Shown here piece after piece: positions 24,585 to 33,946 of a stretch of DNA of 64,000 nt; positions within the stretch are counted from its first letter, which is position 1; every line of letters starts with the position of its first letter. The notes below the pieces were generated by a model that made no database searches, had not been told where the DNA came from, and saw only the letters and a program-made list of their open reading frames with translations. Both the position numbers and the translations under genes were made by a program. The DNA lies in contig NZ_RIBS01000008.1 in NCBI RefSeq assembly GCF_003719825.1, positions 51,324 to 115,323 on the forward strand, in the 5' to 3' direction. This DNA is from Montanilutibacter psychrotolerans (GTDB lineage: Bacteria; Pseudomonadota; Gammaproteobacteria; Xanthomonadales; Xanthomonadaceae).

Positions 24585-25505
24585 TCATTTCGCCAGCGCG
24601 TCTGCGTCGAGGAAGCGACGGATCGCCGGCACCAGCACGTCGGCCTTGTCTTCGAGCACGTAGTGGCCCGCGTCCTCGAACTGGTGCACCTGCGCCTGCG
24701 GCAATGCGCTGGTGAATCCCGCGAGGAAGTGGTGGTCGAACACGAAGTCCTTGAGACCCCAGCCGATGAACGCCGGGCGATCGGCGTACGACGGCAACTT
24801 CGCCGCCATCGCCTGCACCAGCGGCCACGCCGCATCGCCATCGCCCAGCGGGATGTCCTGCACGAAGCGCGAGGTCGAGATGCGGTTGGCCCAGCTGTCG
24901 TACGGCGCGAGGAAGGCGCGGCGGACGGCGCGCGGCATCGGTTGCACCACGCCCATGCTGGCAGCGCCGCCGGCGAAGGCGTTGAAGCCGCGGATCAGGC
25001 CGGTGCCGATCGCCGAATCGCGCCCGAGCTTGAGGCGCTTGGGCAGCGACTTGGCCGCCGGCAGCGGGAACGCGCCGGTGTTGAGCACCACCAGGCGCTG
25101 GATCTGGTCGGAATGCCGCAGCCCCCAACCGAAGCCGATCGCCCCACCCCAGTCGTGCACGGCCAGGGTGACCGGGCCGGTGATGCCCAGGTGCGACAGC
25201 AGCGCCTCGACATCGTCGACGCGCGACTGCAGCGTGTAGCGATAGCGGTCTTCGCCGGGCTTATCGGACAGGCCCATGCCCACGTGGTCGGGCACGATGC
25301 AGCGATAGCGGTCGCGCAGGCCCAGCACCAGCTTGCGCCACAGATAGCTCCACGACGGATTGCCGTGCAGCATCACCACGGTTCCGTCGTGGTCGACGCC
25401 TTCGTCCAGGTAGCTCATCCCGATGCCGGGACGCACCTCGAAACGCTGCGCGGTGAAGGGATAGTCGGGGAAGGTCCGGGCTTGCTGGGGGCTCAGGCTC
25501 ATCGA
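24585..25505 (-). CDS. oleB: Alpha/beta-hydrolase (haloalkane-dehalogenase-like), OleB-like
   Basis: HGNPSWSYLWR, nucleophile elbow VHDWGG, C-terminal His. Start placed at the internal MSLSPQQARTF. Confidence 0.8.
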   Translation of the reverse strand, partial: SMSLSPQQARTFPDYPFTAQRFEVRPGIGMSYLDEGVDHDGTVVMLHGNPSWSYLWRKLVLGLRDRYRCIVPDHVGMGLSDKPGEDRYRYTLQSRVDDVEALLSHLGITGPVTLAVHDWGGAIGFGWGLRHSDQIQRLVVLNTGAFPLPAAKSLPKRLKLGRDSAIGTGLIRGFNAFAGGAASMGVVQPMPRAVRRAFLAPYDSWANRISTSRFVQDIPLGDGDAAWPLVQAMAAKLPSYADRPAFIGWGLKDFVFDHHFLAGFTSALPQAQVHQFEDAGHYVLEDKADVLVPAIRRFLDADALAK

Positions 25506-25622
25506 TAACGGTTCATGCGCCCCGGCCCGGCGCGGTGCGCGGGCCTGGCGGGCTGGGCCGGCATTATCCGTCGTGGGCCGGGCCATGAACACTTCGGCGT
25601 GCGCCGGGCCGTCCGGCAAGGC

Positions 25623-26315
25623 CTAGGCCAGGGCCGGGTACTTCGCCCACAGGGCGTCGAACTGGCCGCCGAAGCAGCGCACCAGGTAGGCGTCCTGGCT
25701 GACCACCAGGTTCTCGTCGTTGCTGGTGGTGGCGCTGCGGGTCCAGTTGAAGGAGCCGTTGGCCAGCGCGTTTCGGTCGAACAGGGCGAACTTGTGGTGC
25801 ATGTGGAACGCGCTGACGTCCAGTCGCACCGCGACGCCCTGGGCGGCCAGCATCGCGATGTCGCTGCCGGTATCGCCGCGCTTGTCGTTGTCGCTGATCA
25901 CCCGCACCGCGACGCCGCGTCGGTGGGCGGCGAGGATCTCCTCGCTGAGCCGATCGTCGGAGATAGTGTAGACGCAGATGTCCAGGCTGCGCTTGGCGCC
26001 GCGGCACATCTCGCGCAACTTGCGCAGGCAGCTTTCGCCGGGCGAGAAGTAGGCGCTGCTGGAGGCAGCGGCCACCGCAGCGGACAGGTCGAGGGTCTTG
26101 ACCACCTGTTCGAGCCAACGCAATGCATCCAGCATCCGCGCCGGCTCGGCGATCATCAGCTCGCGCGCCATCGCGAACGCGCGGTTGCGCAGGTAACGGA
26201 TGTGCTCGGCGTCGATCCGTCCGCCGAGTTCGCGCAGCTCGAACTTCTCGTCGTTGTCGAGCTGCAGGTCGGCAACGCTGCTGCGCAGCGCTTCGTCGAG
26301 TTGCTGGAAATCCAT
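25623..26315 (-). CDS. Single-HKD phospholipase-D-family protein (nuclease- or lipid-acting), 230 aa
   Basis: Perfect HKD motif HMHHKFALFDRNALANGSFN (HxKxxxxDxxxxxxGSxN) at about 25776-25805, plus an ~90-aa N-terminal helical extension. Starts 21 nt after the stop of the giant ATPase gene and is probably co-transcribed with it. Confidence 0.8.
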   Translation of the reverse strand: MDFQQLDEALRSSVADLQLDNDEKFELRELGGRIDAEHIRYLRNRAFAMARELMIAEPARMLDALRWLEQVVKTLDLSAAVAAASSSAYFSPGESCLRKLREMCRGAKRSLDICVYTISDDRLSEEILAAHRRGVAVRVISDNDKRGDTGSDIAMLAAQGVAVRLDVSAFHMHHKFALFDRNALANGSFNWTRSATTSNDENLVVSQDAYLVRCFGGQFDALWAKYPALA

Positions 26316-26336
26316 GCCGTCTCCGGTGGGTAGCGC

Positions 26337-29300
26337 TCAGCGCCGTGTACGTTCGTGCAGGCGCGCGGCGATCTCGGACAGTGCCAGATGAAGGCGCATC
26401 TGCTCCTCGGTGGACACCCCCGGGGCCGCCGGCGCGACGCTGGCGGTGGTACCGGCCGGCTGCTGCTTGAGCTGGGCGAGCGCCTCGACCAGCGATTGCT
26501 GCATCCGCTCCTGCTGTGCCTGGCGATCCTGCAGGCCGGCGACCAGCGGTGCGAACGCGGCCTGCAACGCGGCGGCGAGGTCCACCGCGCCCAGTTGCGG
26601 CTCCCGGGCGTCGGTTGGCGCCTGCGGCGCCACGACCGGGCGCGCCTGCGCCGTCGCCACGCCTTCGAGCAACTCGACGATGCGCGGCCACGGCGCCGCT
26701 TCGGCCTTCGGCGCCGGCTCGCCAACCGTGGCATCGAGCGCGCGCACGCCCTCGACCAGGTCGGCCAGCTGCGCCACCACGCGCCCGCCGACGTCATCTT
26801 CGCTGCCGCCCATCGCCTTGTTGCGCAGGAAATCGCGCTTGATCTGGGCCCAGCGTTCGGCCTGGGCAGGGTCGAGTACGCCACGCAGCTCGGCCAGCTT
26901 GAGCAGGTTCTCCTCGGCGCCCGTGGTCAGCAGTTGCGCCTCGCCCAGATAGTGATCGCCGATCAGTTGCTGCAACTCGGCCTCGTTCATCACCGGCGAA
27001 ATTTTCTCGGCCAGCTTGTTCATGTTGCGATAGCTGCCCTGCAACCGGAACGGCGGTTCGACGCGGTACTTGTCGGCCTGCGCCGCGCTGGCGATGTACT
27101 GCTGGTTGACCCGGTAGACGACGTCGCGCACCTGCATCAACCGCTGAAGGGTCGCGACGATCTCGTTGATCTCCGCGCCGCTGTACGCATGGCTCAGGTC
27201 GTTGGCGGAGAACTCCCGGCCGCGGGCCTTCTCGACCAGGCGATAGAGGTCGCCAAGATCGCGCGTGGCCAACGGTGCCAGCACCGGATTGCTGGTCAGG
27301 CAGTTCTCGACATAGCTCAGCGTGAAGGCATCCTCCATGCCGCCCAGCACGTCGCCGAGGTTGTAGATGTCGGCGCGGTTGGCCAGCATGTCCGGGATCT
27401 TGAAGACCTCGCCCGACTCGGTGTACGGGTTGCCGGCCATCACCACGCAGAACTTCTTCCCGCGCATGTCGTAGGTGCGCGTTCGCCCCTTCCACACGCC
27501 TTCGATGCGGCGCGTGCCGTCGCACAGCGAGATGAACTTCTGCAGGAATTCGGGGTGCGTGTGCTGGATGTCATCGACATACAGCATCACGTTGTTGCCC
27601 ATCTCCAGGGCGAGGTTGAGCTTTTCCAGTTCCTGTCGCGCGGTGGCGTCGGGCGCCTGCACCGGGTCGAGCGACCGCACCTCGTGGCCCAACGCAGGGC
27701 CGTTGATCTTCATGAAGATCAACCCGAGCCGATGCGCCACGTACTCCATCAGCGTGGTCTTTCCGTAGCCCGGTGGCGAGATCATCATCAGCAGGCCCAT
27801 CAGGTCGCTGCGCTTGGCCTCTCCGACCGTGCCGATCTGCTTGGCGAGGTTGTCGCCGATCACCGGCAAGTAAATGTCGTTGATCAGCTTGTTGCGCACG
27901 AACGAGCTCAACGGCCGCGGCTTGAACTCCTCCAGCCGCAGCGAGTCACGATGCCGAGCCAGCACCTCGTGACGCAGCGTCTGGTAACGCTGGAAGCCGG
28001 GAACGAACACCTCGCGGTGCTGCTGCAGGCGCGCACTGAACTCGTCCACGCCCAGCGCCAGGCGACCGCCGTCGATGCGGGCATGCTGGCCCAGCAGGCC
28101 TTCCACGACGACGCGAAGATCGACCTCGGTGACCCGGCGCGCGATGCCCTCGTCGATCAGCCACAGCGCAACGGCTTCGTCGAGGTAGTCCGAGAGCGCG
28201 GCGTGTTCGGGCTCGCTGCACAGCGCCTGCAACCAATGGCGGGCGAGGCTCCAGCGCGCGCCGAGGCGGCCGTCCAGCTGCGCGAGCGTGCGCTGCACGC
28301 CATCCCACAGATGCGCCGCGGCCAGCCGTTGCTGCAGCGCGCCGAGCAACCGCTGTGCGTATTTGCTGAAGACGAACTGCGGGTGGTCGGCCGACAGTTC
28401 GAGCACCAGGTAGGCCGCCGCGCGCGCCGCCAGCGGCGCCGCGACCGGCAGCGCCTGTGCGTCGACCACGCCCTGGATCGCGCTGGCGACCTCTCCCTGC
28501 AGGGCCTGCAACGCATCGCGCCGACCGAACATCCGCTCGATGGCGCTGGCGCTGCGTGCCCGTTCTGGCCACTGCGAGGGCAGGTCCTGTGTGCGCAACG
28601 TGGACCATGCCAGCACCGCCAGCGCACGCGCGTCAGCGGCGTGGACCAACGCACCTGCGCTGTCCAGCAACGGCAGCAGCGAGCGCAGGATCAGCGCGGC
28701 GTCGTGGTCGTGGATGCCCTTCTCGTAGCCCTCGCGGTACCGCGGCGCGGCGAAGTCGCGCAACGTGCGTTCGAGCTGTTCGGGCTGCAGCAGCTGTTGG
28801 CGCAGCAGATCCGGCGTCAGCCCGTCAGTGCGATCGCGCGCAGCGTCCAGCACCCGCCCCGCCAGGTACTCGGCGCGATACAGGGTCGCCGACTCCGAAT
28901 CGAGCGCGACCTGCCAGTAATCCCGCAGCGCCTGCAGGCCGTCGTCGTGCAGCGGCTCGAGGTAGTCGGTGCCGGTCAGCTGCAGGTTCAGGCCATCGCC
29001 GCGCGCGAGCACGGTGATGTCGAGTTCCTGCGTGTTGACGCTGAAGCGATGGCGCGGGCCCAGCTTGATGACGTCGCCGCCCGCCTCGAACAGCTCGCTG
29101 CGATCGCGCAGCGCGCGCACCGCCTGGTCGCGCGCGCCCTTGAGGCGCGCCTCGACGTCATCGGCCTTGACGTTGTCGCGCAGCGTGCGCAGTCGGGTGG
29201 CCAGCTCGCGCAGCTTGAGGATCAGCGCGTCCCCGGCGAAGAACGCATTGAGCTCGGCCGGGTCGGCCAGGCGCGCGGTGCGCCTGCCCAGGCCGTCGAG

Positions 29301-31718
29301 GATGCGCGTGGCCGCGTCCATGACCGCCTGCGCCTTGCGCTGGCGGTCGTCGAGCAGGGACTGCTTGTGGGTCTCGAAGGTTTCCAGCAGCTCTTCGCGC
29401 TTGGCGAGGATGTCGCCAAGGAACTGCTCGTGTTCGCCGAACTGGCTTTCCAGTTCTTCCAGTTGCACCAGCAACCGCGACATCTGCTCGTCGCAGCGCT
29501 CGGGATCGGTGGACAGCGCCAGTGCGCTGGTGATGCCCTGGCCGAACAGCGTGAACTGCGCGCCGAACTGGGCGATCGCCTCGCTCGATCCGAGCTGCTT
29601 GCGGCGCTGATCGGCGCGCGCCTTGGCCTGGTTGAGCCGCGCGTACACCTGCGAGATCGACTCGACGATGCGCGTGCGTTGCGTGGCGTCGTCGACCTTC
29701 AGCGTGGCCATCAGCGCCGACAGCATGTCCAGGTCGGCCGACATCGATTGCATCTGCGCCAGTGTCCTGGCGAGCTCAGCCGCGCTGACCGCCTGTTGCG
29801 CCTGCGTGTCGAGTAGCTGGAGGCGCTCGAGCAGCGGCGCGAGCGCCTTGTCGCTGGCCAGGAACCCGCCCGTGGCGGCGCCGGTGGCCTCGTGCGCGGA
29901 AAGCAGCTGCGCTTCCATCGCATCGATGGTGGCAACGTCGATGTAGCGGTACTCGCGGATCGTCAGCAGGTGCCCGCGCAGCGCCGACAAACCGTTGAGG
30001 GCGTCGACGAACTCCTGCACCTGCTGCCAGTTGTCCGGCAGCAGTGTGGCCAGCAACGCCGCCTGCCGGGCCTGCGCGTCGCGCAGCGCCTGCGCGGACT
30101 GGTCGCGGATGCCCTGCACCTTCTCGAACTCGTCGAGCACGGCCTCGCTGGTGGCGGCGATGTCGTGCAACAGCTTGCCGGTGTCGCCGCAGTTCGGGTC
30201 GGCGATCCAGTGGTGCAGGTCGAACAGGCGCCGGGTGTTCTGGCCGAGCTGCGCATAGCGCTGCACCGAGACGTCCGGGCTGTCGATCTCGCGGCACAGG
30301 CTCAGCACGTCCGACAGCCCACGAACCAGCTCGGCGTTGCCGATCTTGCCCATGAACCCGGTGCCGCGGGGCTGGTGCGCCGCGTGGTCCTCGCTGCAGA
30401 ACGGCGTCTGCCAGACCTGCATCGGATGCACGCGCGTTGGCTCCACGCCTTCGGCGCTGAAGATCACCATGCGGCCGTCGTCCAGGCGCGCCCAGCCGTG
30501 CCCGAAGATCGGCGTCTGCAGGCGACGCTCGATCATGTTGTAGGTGAACAGCGCCGAGCGTCCCTCGACGGGTTCGTAGAAGACGTACAGCACGTCCTCG
30601 CCGTTGGGCGAGCGGATCGCACGCTGGAACGCCATGCCGTGCATGGACTGCTCGAACGCCTTGTTCTCTCCGCTGGGCAGGTAGTAGCCGCCCGGGAAGA
30701 TGATGCCGTGGTCCTCGGGCAGCTGGATGCACGCCAGCCCGATCGCATCGATGCGCTGCACCGAGCGCGTGAGCGTGTTGAACACCAGGTAGCGCCACGT
30801 CGACTCGCGGTACGGCAGCACTTTCAGCAGCACCAGGCTGCCGATGGCCGCGAACTCCACGTGCGCGTCGTCGAGCGACTGCGTCTTGTCGTCCACCGGC
30901 TCGCGGTAGACGCCCAGACCGTCCTTGGTGTTGTCCTCGATCTTGATCGTCAGATCGCCGGCAAACGTCTCGACGAACAGCTTGTCGAGGATGTTGAGAT
31001 GCGGATGCCGACCGTGCACCACCATCTCGCGCGTCGCGCGGGTCCACTCGAAGTCGAACGGCGCCGGCGGCACGATATCGCGTTCACCGCGATTGTCGAT
31101 GTAGGCGACCTCGCCACTGGTGGCGACCGACCAGCGGAACACGCGGACGTCGTCGATGCGCTCGCCAATCTGGAAGGCGGCCAGCAGCTTGCCGTCGCGC
31201 ACCGCCAGCTGCACCAGCCGGGTGCTCTTGTAGTACGCGTAGAGCTCGTTGAAGTCGCGCACGAATGCGGCATCGCCGAGGAAGCTGCTCGCCGGATCGA
31301 CCGCTTCGGCATCGTAGCCGTCGGCGCCCTCGATCAGCCGATGCAGTGAGAACACGTCCTCGACACGGGTGTCCTTGCGCAGCCCGATGAACACGTTGTA
31401 GCCGAACAGCAGGCAATCGCCGACCTGGACGATGTCGCGCGCGACGCAGTTGTTCTCGGTGCGGATGCGCAGCCGCCCGACCACTTCCATCGCACTGCTG
31501 CCGAACTGCTGCAGGCGTTGCTGGTTGAGCCCTTCGGCCACGCCGCGCAGGCGCTGACCCTGGTCCGCCAGTCGCTTGTGCAGCACCTCGTAGGCGCCGC
31601 CCTGGGCCACGGCCTGGTCGATCTGCGCGGTGTCGGGCCCGGTCGATCCGGTCGGCCCGGCCGACGGCGACGAAGACGGGGCGGTCGACGAGGCGCTCTG
31701 CGAAGTGTTCTGCGACAT
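26337..31718 (-). CDS. Giant (~1,793 aa) coiled-coil protein with a single C-terminal AAA+ ATPase core of MoxR/dynein (AAA_5-like) type
   Basis: Walker A MMISPPGYGKTTL (about 27755-27790), Walker B NVMLYVDDIQHT (about 27560-27590), sensor-1-like VVMAGNPYTE, and MoxR-like spacing (DDIQHTHPEFLQKFISLCDG...IEGVWKG...FCVVMAGNP). N-terminal ~450 aa globular (beta-rich), then >700 aa of helical/coiled-coil sequence. ATG 31718 is preceded by AGGA; the ORF track starts at GTG 31736. Confidence 0.8.
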   Translation of the reverse strand: MSQNTSQSASSTAPSSSPSAGPTGSTGPDTAQIDQAVAQGGAYEVLHKRLADQGQRLRGVAEGLNQQRLQQFGSSAMEVVGRLRIRTENNCVARDIVQVGDCLLFGYNVFIGLRKDTRVEDVFSLHRLIEGADGYDAEAVDPASSFLGDAAFVRDFNELYAYYKSTRLVQLAVRDGKLLAAFQIGERIDDVRVFRWSVATSGEVAYIDNRGERDIVPPAPFDFEWTRATREMVVHGRHPHLNILDKLFVETFAGDLTIKIEDNTKDGLGVYREPVDDKTQSLDDAHVEFAAIGSLVLLKVLPYRESTWRYLVFNTLTRSVQRIDAIGLACIQLPEDHGIIFPGGYYLPSGENKAFEQSMHGMAFQRAIRSPNGEDVLYVFYEPVEGRSALFTYNMIERRLQTPIFGHGWARLDDGRMVIFSAEGVEPTRVHPMQVWQTPFCSEDHAAHQPRGTGFMGKIGNAELVRGLSDVLSLCREIDSPDVSVQRYAQLGQNTRRLFDLHHWIADPNCGDTGKLLHDIAATSEAVLDEFEKVQGIRDQSAQALRDAQARQAALLATLLPDNWQQVQEFVDALNGLSALRGHLLTIREYRYIDVATIDAMEAQLLSAHEATGAATGGFLASDKALAPLLERLQLLDTQAQQAVSAAELARTLAQMQSMSADLDMLSALMATLKVDDATQRTRIVESISQVYARLNQAKARADQRRKQLGSSEAIAQFGAQFTLFGQGITSALALSTDPERCDEQMSRLLVQLEELESQFGEHEQFLGDILAKREELLETFETHKQSLLDDRQRKAQAVMDAATRILDGLGRRTARLADPAELNAFFAGDALILKLRELATRLRTLRDNVKADDVEARLKGARDQAVRALRDRSELFEAGGDVIKLGPRHRFSVNTQELDITVLARGDGLNLQLTGTDYLEPLHDDGLQALRDYWQVALDSESATLYRAEYLAGRVLDAARDRTDGLTPDLLRQQLLQPEQLERTLRDFAAPRYREGYEKGIHDHDAALILRSLLPLLDSAGALVHAADARALAVLAWSTLRTQDLPSQWPERARSASAIERMFGRRDALQALQGEVASAIQGVVDAQALPVAAPLAARAAAYLVLELSADHPQFVFSKYAQRLLGALQQRLAAAHLWDGVQRTLAQLDGRLGARWSLARHWLQALCSEPEHAALSDYLDEAVALWLIDEGIARRVTEVDLRVVVEGLLGQHARIDGGRLALGVDEFSARLQQHREVFVPGFQRYQTLRHEVLARHRDSLRLEEFKPRPLSSFVRNKLINDIYLPVIGDNLAKQIGTVGEAKRSDLMGLLMMISPPGYGKTTLMEYVAHRLGLIFMKINGPALGHEVRSLDPVQAPDATARQELEKLNLALEMGNNVMLYVDDIQHTHPEFLQKFISLCDGTRRIEGVWKGRTRTYDMRGKKFCVVMAGNPYTESGEVFKIPDMLANRADIYNLGDVLGGMEDAFTLSYVENCLTSNPVLAPLATRDLGDLYRLVEKARGREFSANDLSHAYSGAEINEIVATLQRLMQVRDVVYRVNQQYIASAAQADKYRVEPPFRLQGSYRNMNKLAEKISPVMNEAELQQLIGDHYLGEAQLLTTGAEENLLKLAELRGVLDPAQAERWAQIKRDFLRNKAMGGSEDDVGGRVVAQLADLVEGVRALDATVGEPAPKAEAAPWPRIVELLEGVATAQARPVVAPQAPTDAREPQLGAVDLAAALQAAFAPLVAGLQDRQAQQERMQQSLVEALAQLKQQPAGTTASVAPAAPGVSTEEQMRLHLALSEIAARLHERTRR

Positions 31719-31833
31719 CAGGTGTCCATCCTGCACGGTTCGGATCCGCGACCGGGGCCGCGGGTACTGACTGTTGCGTGGCGTACCGGTCGCGCAGCCC
31801 CTGCGCAGGACGCAGGGGGCGCGGACGATTCAC

Positions 31834-33906
31834 TCAGCCGCCCAGCGATGTCTCGCTGCTCTTCTCGGCAACGTCGAGCGGCTTGCCGATAGCGGCCTTG
31901 CCATCCCCGCTCTTGGCCAGCAGGCGCTGCAGGACGTCCTGCACGATCGGGCTCTTGCCGGCCACGCCCTCGATCGCCTTGCCCACCGAGAGCGCCTTGG
32001 CGAACGAATCGAAGAACGCACCTTCGCCGCCGACGATATCGATGTTGGCCTTGCTGAGCGCCGCGGCGAGCACGTCGGACTGCTCCTTCGCGATTTCCTT
32101 GTTGGCCTCGATGCCGGCCATCGCCTGCTCGAAGCTCTTTTCCAGCTGCATGCGGAACTCTTCGTGCTGGCGTGCGTCGTCGCTGAGCGCGTCGAGCGCG
32201 TTGAACTTCTGCGCCAGGCCCTCGGCTTCCGACTTGAACTTCTGCAGCAGCACGTCGGCCTCGGACATGCCCAGGTCGCGGGTCGCCTTGGCCTTCGCGC
32301 TGCCCAGCGACTCTTCGCCGCGCGCCTGCGCGAACAGGTTCTCTTCCAGCACCTTGGCGTCGGACAAGCCCTGCTTCTGCTTGGCGTCGGCATGCGCCTC
32401 GATCACGCGCGCCTGCGCCAGGCCCTTCTCCTGCTCGCCGCGCGCCTCGGCAACGAGTTGCTCGGCAGTGACCTTGGCGTTGACCAGGCCTTCCTTCTCG
32501 GCCGCGGCCGCGGTGACCTCACGCACGCGTGCATCGGCAAGACCGGGCGCCGCGCGTTCGGCCTCGATGCCTTCGGCGAGCTTCTTCTTGGCCTCGGCCT
32601 GCTTGCCGGCCGCTTCGAGCTCGGCCTGCGCCAGCACCGTCACCTCGACCGCCTTGTGCTTGGACGCCACCTCGTCGGCCTCGGCCTGCTTCACCTGGCG
32701 GACCAGCTCCTGCTCGGCCTCGGCCTGCGCGTTGAGGATGGTGACCTGCTTGGAGCGGTCGGCCTCGGACACCTCACGCACTTCCTTGATGCGCTCTTCT
32801 TCCTGGGCAACGGTCTTCTCGACCGCAACGCGCTCGCGGATCACGTTCGCGATTTCCTTGCGCTGCACTTCCAGCGCCTTTTCCTTGTCGATCTTCTGCA
32901 GCTCGACCTCGCGCTCGCGCGACACCACTTCCAGGTCCTTGGCGCGGGTCACCTTCTCGACTTCGATGACCACCGCACGCTGGCGGTTCTGCTGGGCCAC
33001 CTCGACTTCGCGCTGGTGGTTTTCGGCACGGATGTCGAGCTGCTCCTGCACCTGGATGCGGGCCTGCTCGGCCTTGAGCCGCTCTTCTTCCTGCACCTTG
33101 GCGGTTTCGGCCTGCTCGCGCGCCTGGATGGTCAGGATCTCGCGCTTCTGGCGCGCCTCGGCGTCAGCCTGCTGGCGCTCAAGCGCCAGCATCGCTTCGC
33201 GCGCTTCGACGTTCTTCTTGGTGATCGCCAGCTTCTCGTTCTGTTCGAGTTCGTTGGTGATGACGTTCTGCGCGGCGGTCAGCTCGGTGATCTTGCGAAT
33301 GCCTTCGGCGTCGAGGATGTTGCTCGGATCGAGCGAGCTCTTCGGGGTCTGTTCGAGGTAGTCGATCGCGACGTCCTCGAGCACGTAGCCGTTGAGGTCG
33401 TTTCCGATCACTTCGATGATCTGGTCGCGGAACTGCTGGCGGTTCTCGAACAGCTTCACGAACTCGATCTGCTTGCCGACGGTCTTCAGCGCCTCGGAGA
33501 ACTTGGCGTTGAACAACTCGTTGACGGCGTCGCGGTCGGACGCGCGATCGACACCGATCGCCTTGGCCACGCGCAGCACGTCGGCCTGGGTCTCGTTGAC
33601 GCGCAGGTAGAACGCCACGGTGATGTCGGCGCGCATGTTGTCGCGACAGATCAGCCCGTCCTTGCCGCGGCGATCGACCTCCAGCGTCAGCAGGGAGATC
33701 TTCATGAACTCCTTCTTGTAGATCACCGGGTACACCATCGCGCCGGTGAAATGCACTTTCGGGGTCGCCGACAGGTCGTTGACGATCAGCGCGGTGCCCT
33801 GCGGAACCTTGACGTAGAAGGTCTTGAACAGCCCGAACATGCCCAGGATCAGGAGGAACAGGACACCGGTTCCGATCAGGAACGGCATGACTTGCGCAGC
33901 ATTCAT
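31834..33906 (-). CDS. Flotillin/SPFH (band-7) family protein, YqiK-like, with extended E/A/K-rich coiled coil (690 aa)
   Basis: N-terminal TM helix, SPFH domain (QGTALIVNDLSATPKVHFTGAMVYPVIYK...), long EA-repeat coiled coil. Located immediately downstream of a YqiJ-like gene, as in the E. coli yqiJK pair. Confidence 0.85.
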   Translation of the reverse strand: MNAAQVMPFLIGTGVLFLLILGMFGLFKTFYVKVPQGTALIVNDLSATPKVHFTGAMVYPVIYKKEFMKISLLTLEVDRRGKDGLICRDNMRADITVAFYLRVNETQADVLRVAKAIGVDRASDRDAVNELFNAKFSEALKTVGKQIEFVKLFENRQQFRDQIIEVIGNDLNGYVLEDVAIDYLEQTPKSSLDPSNILDAEGIRKITELTAAQNVITNELEQNEKLAITKKNVEAREAMLALERQQADAEARQKREILTIQAREQAETAKVQEEERLKAEQARIQVQEQLDIRAENHQREVEVAQQNRQRAVVIEVEKVTRAKDLEVVSREREVELQKIDKEKALEVQRKEIANVIRERVAVEKTVAQEEERIKEVREVSEADRSKQVTILNAQAEAEQELVRQVKQAEADEVASKHKAVEVTVLAQAELEAAGKQAEAKKKLAEGIEAERAAPGLADARVREVTAAAAEKEGLVNAKVTAEQLVAEARGEQEKGLAQARVIEAHADAKQKQGLSDAKVLEENLFAQARGEESLGSAKAKATRDLGMSEADVLLQKFKSEAEGLAQKFNALDALSDDARQHEEFRMQLEKSFEQAMAGIEANKEIAKEQSDVLAAALSKANIDIVGGEGAFFDSFAKALSVGKAIEGVAGKSPIVQDVLQRLLAKSGDGKAAIGKPLDVAEKSSETSLGG

Positions 33907-33946
33907 GGGTGCATCTCCGTAGGACGGGAACTTTGGAAGAACGGGC

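Noticed and set aside
24425-24841. N-terminal ~140 codons of the listed OleC ORF
   Set aside because: Cys/Arg/Thr/Ser-rich and not protein-like. The conserved ANL-ligase sequence begins near VCNIAASLPRLARE, so the long ORF is an upstream read-through.
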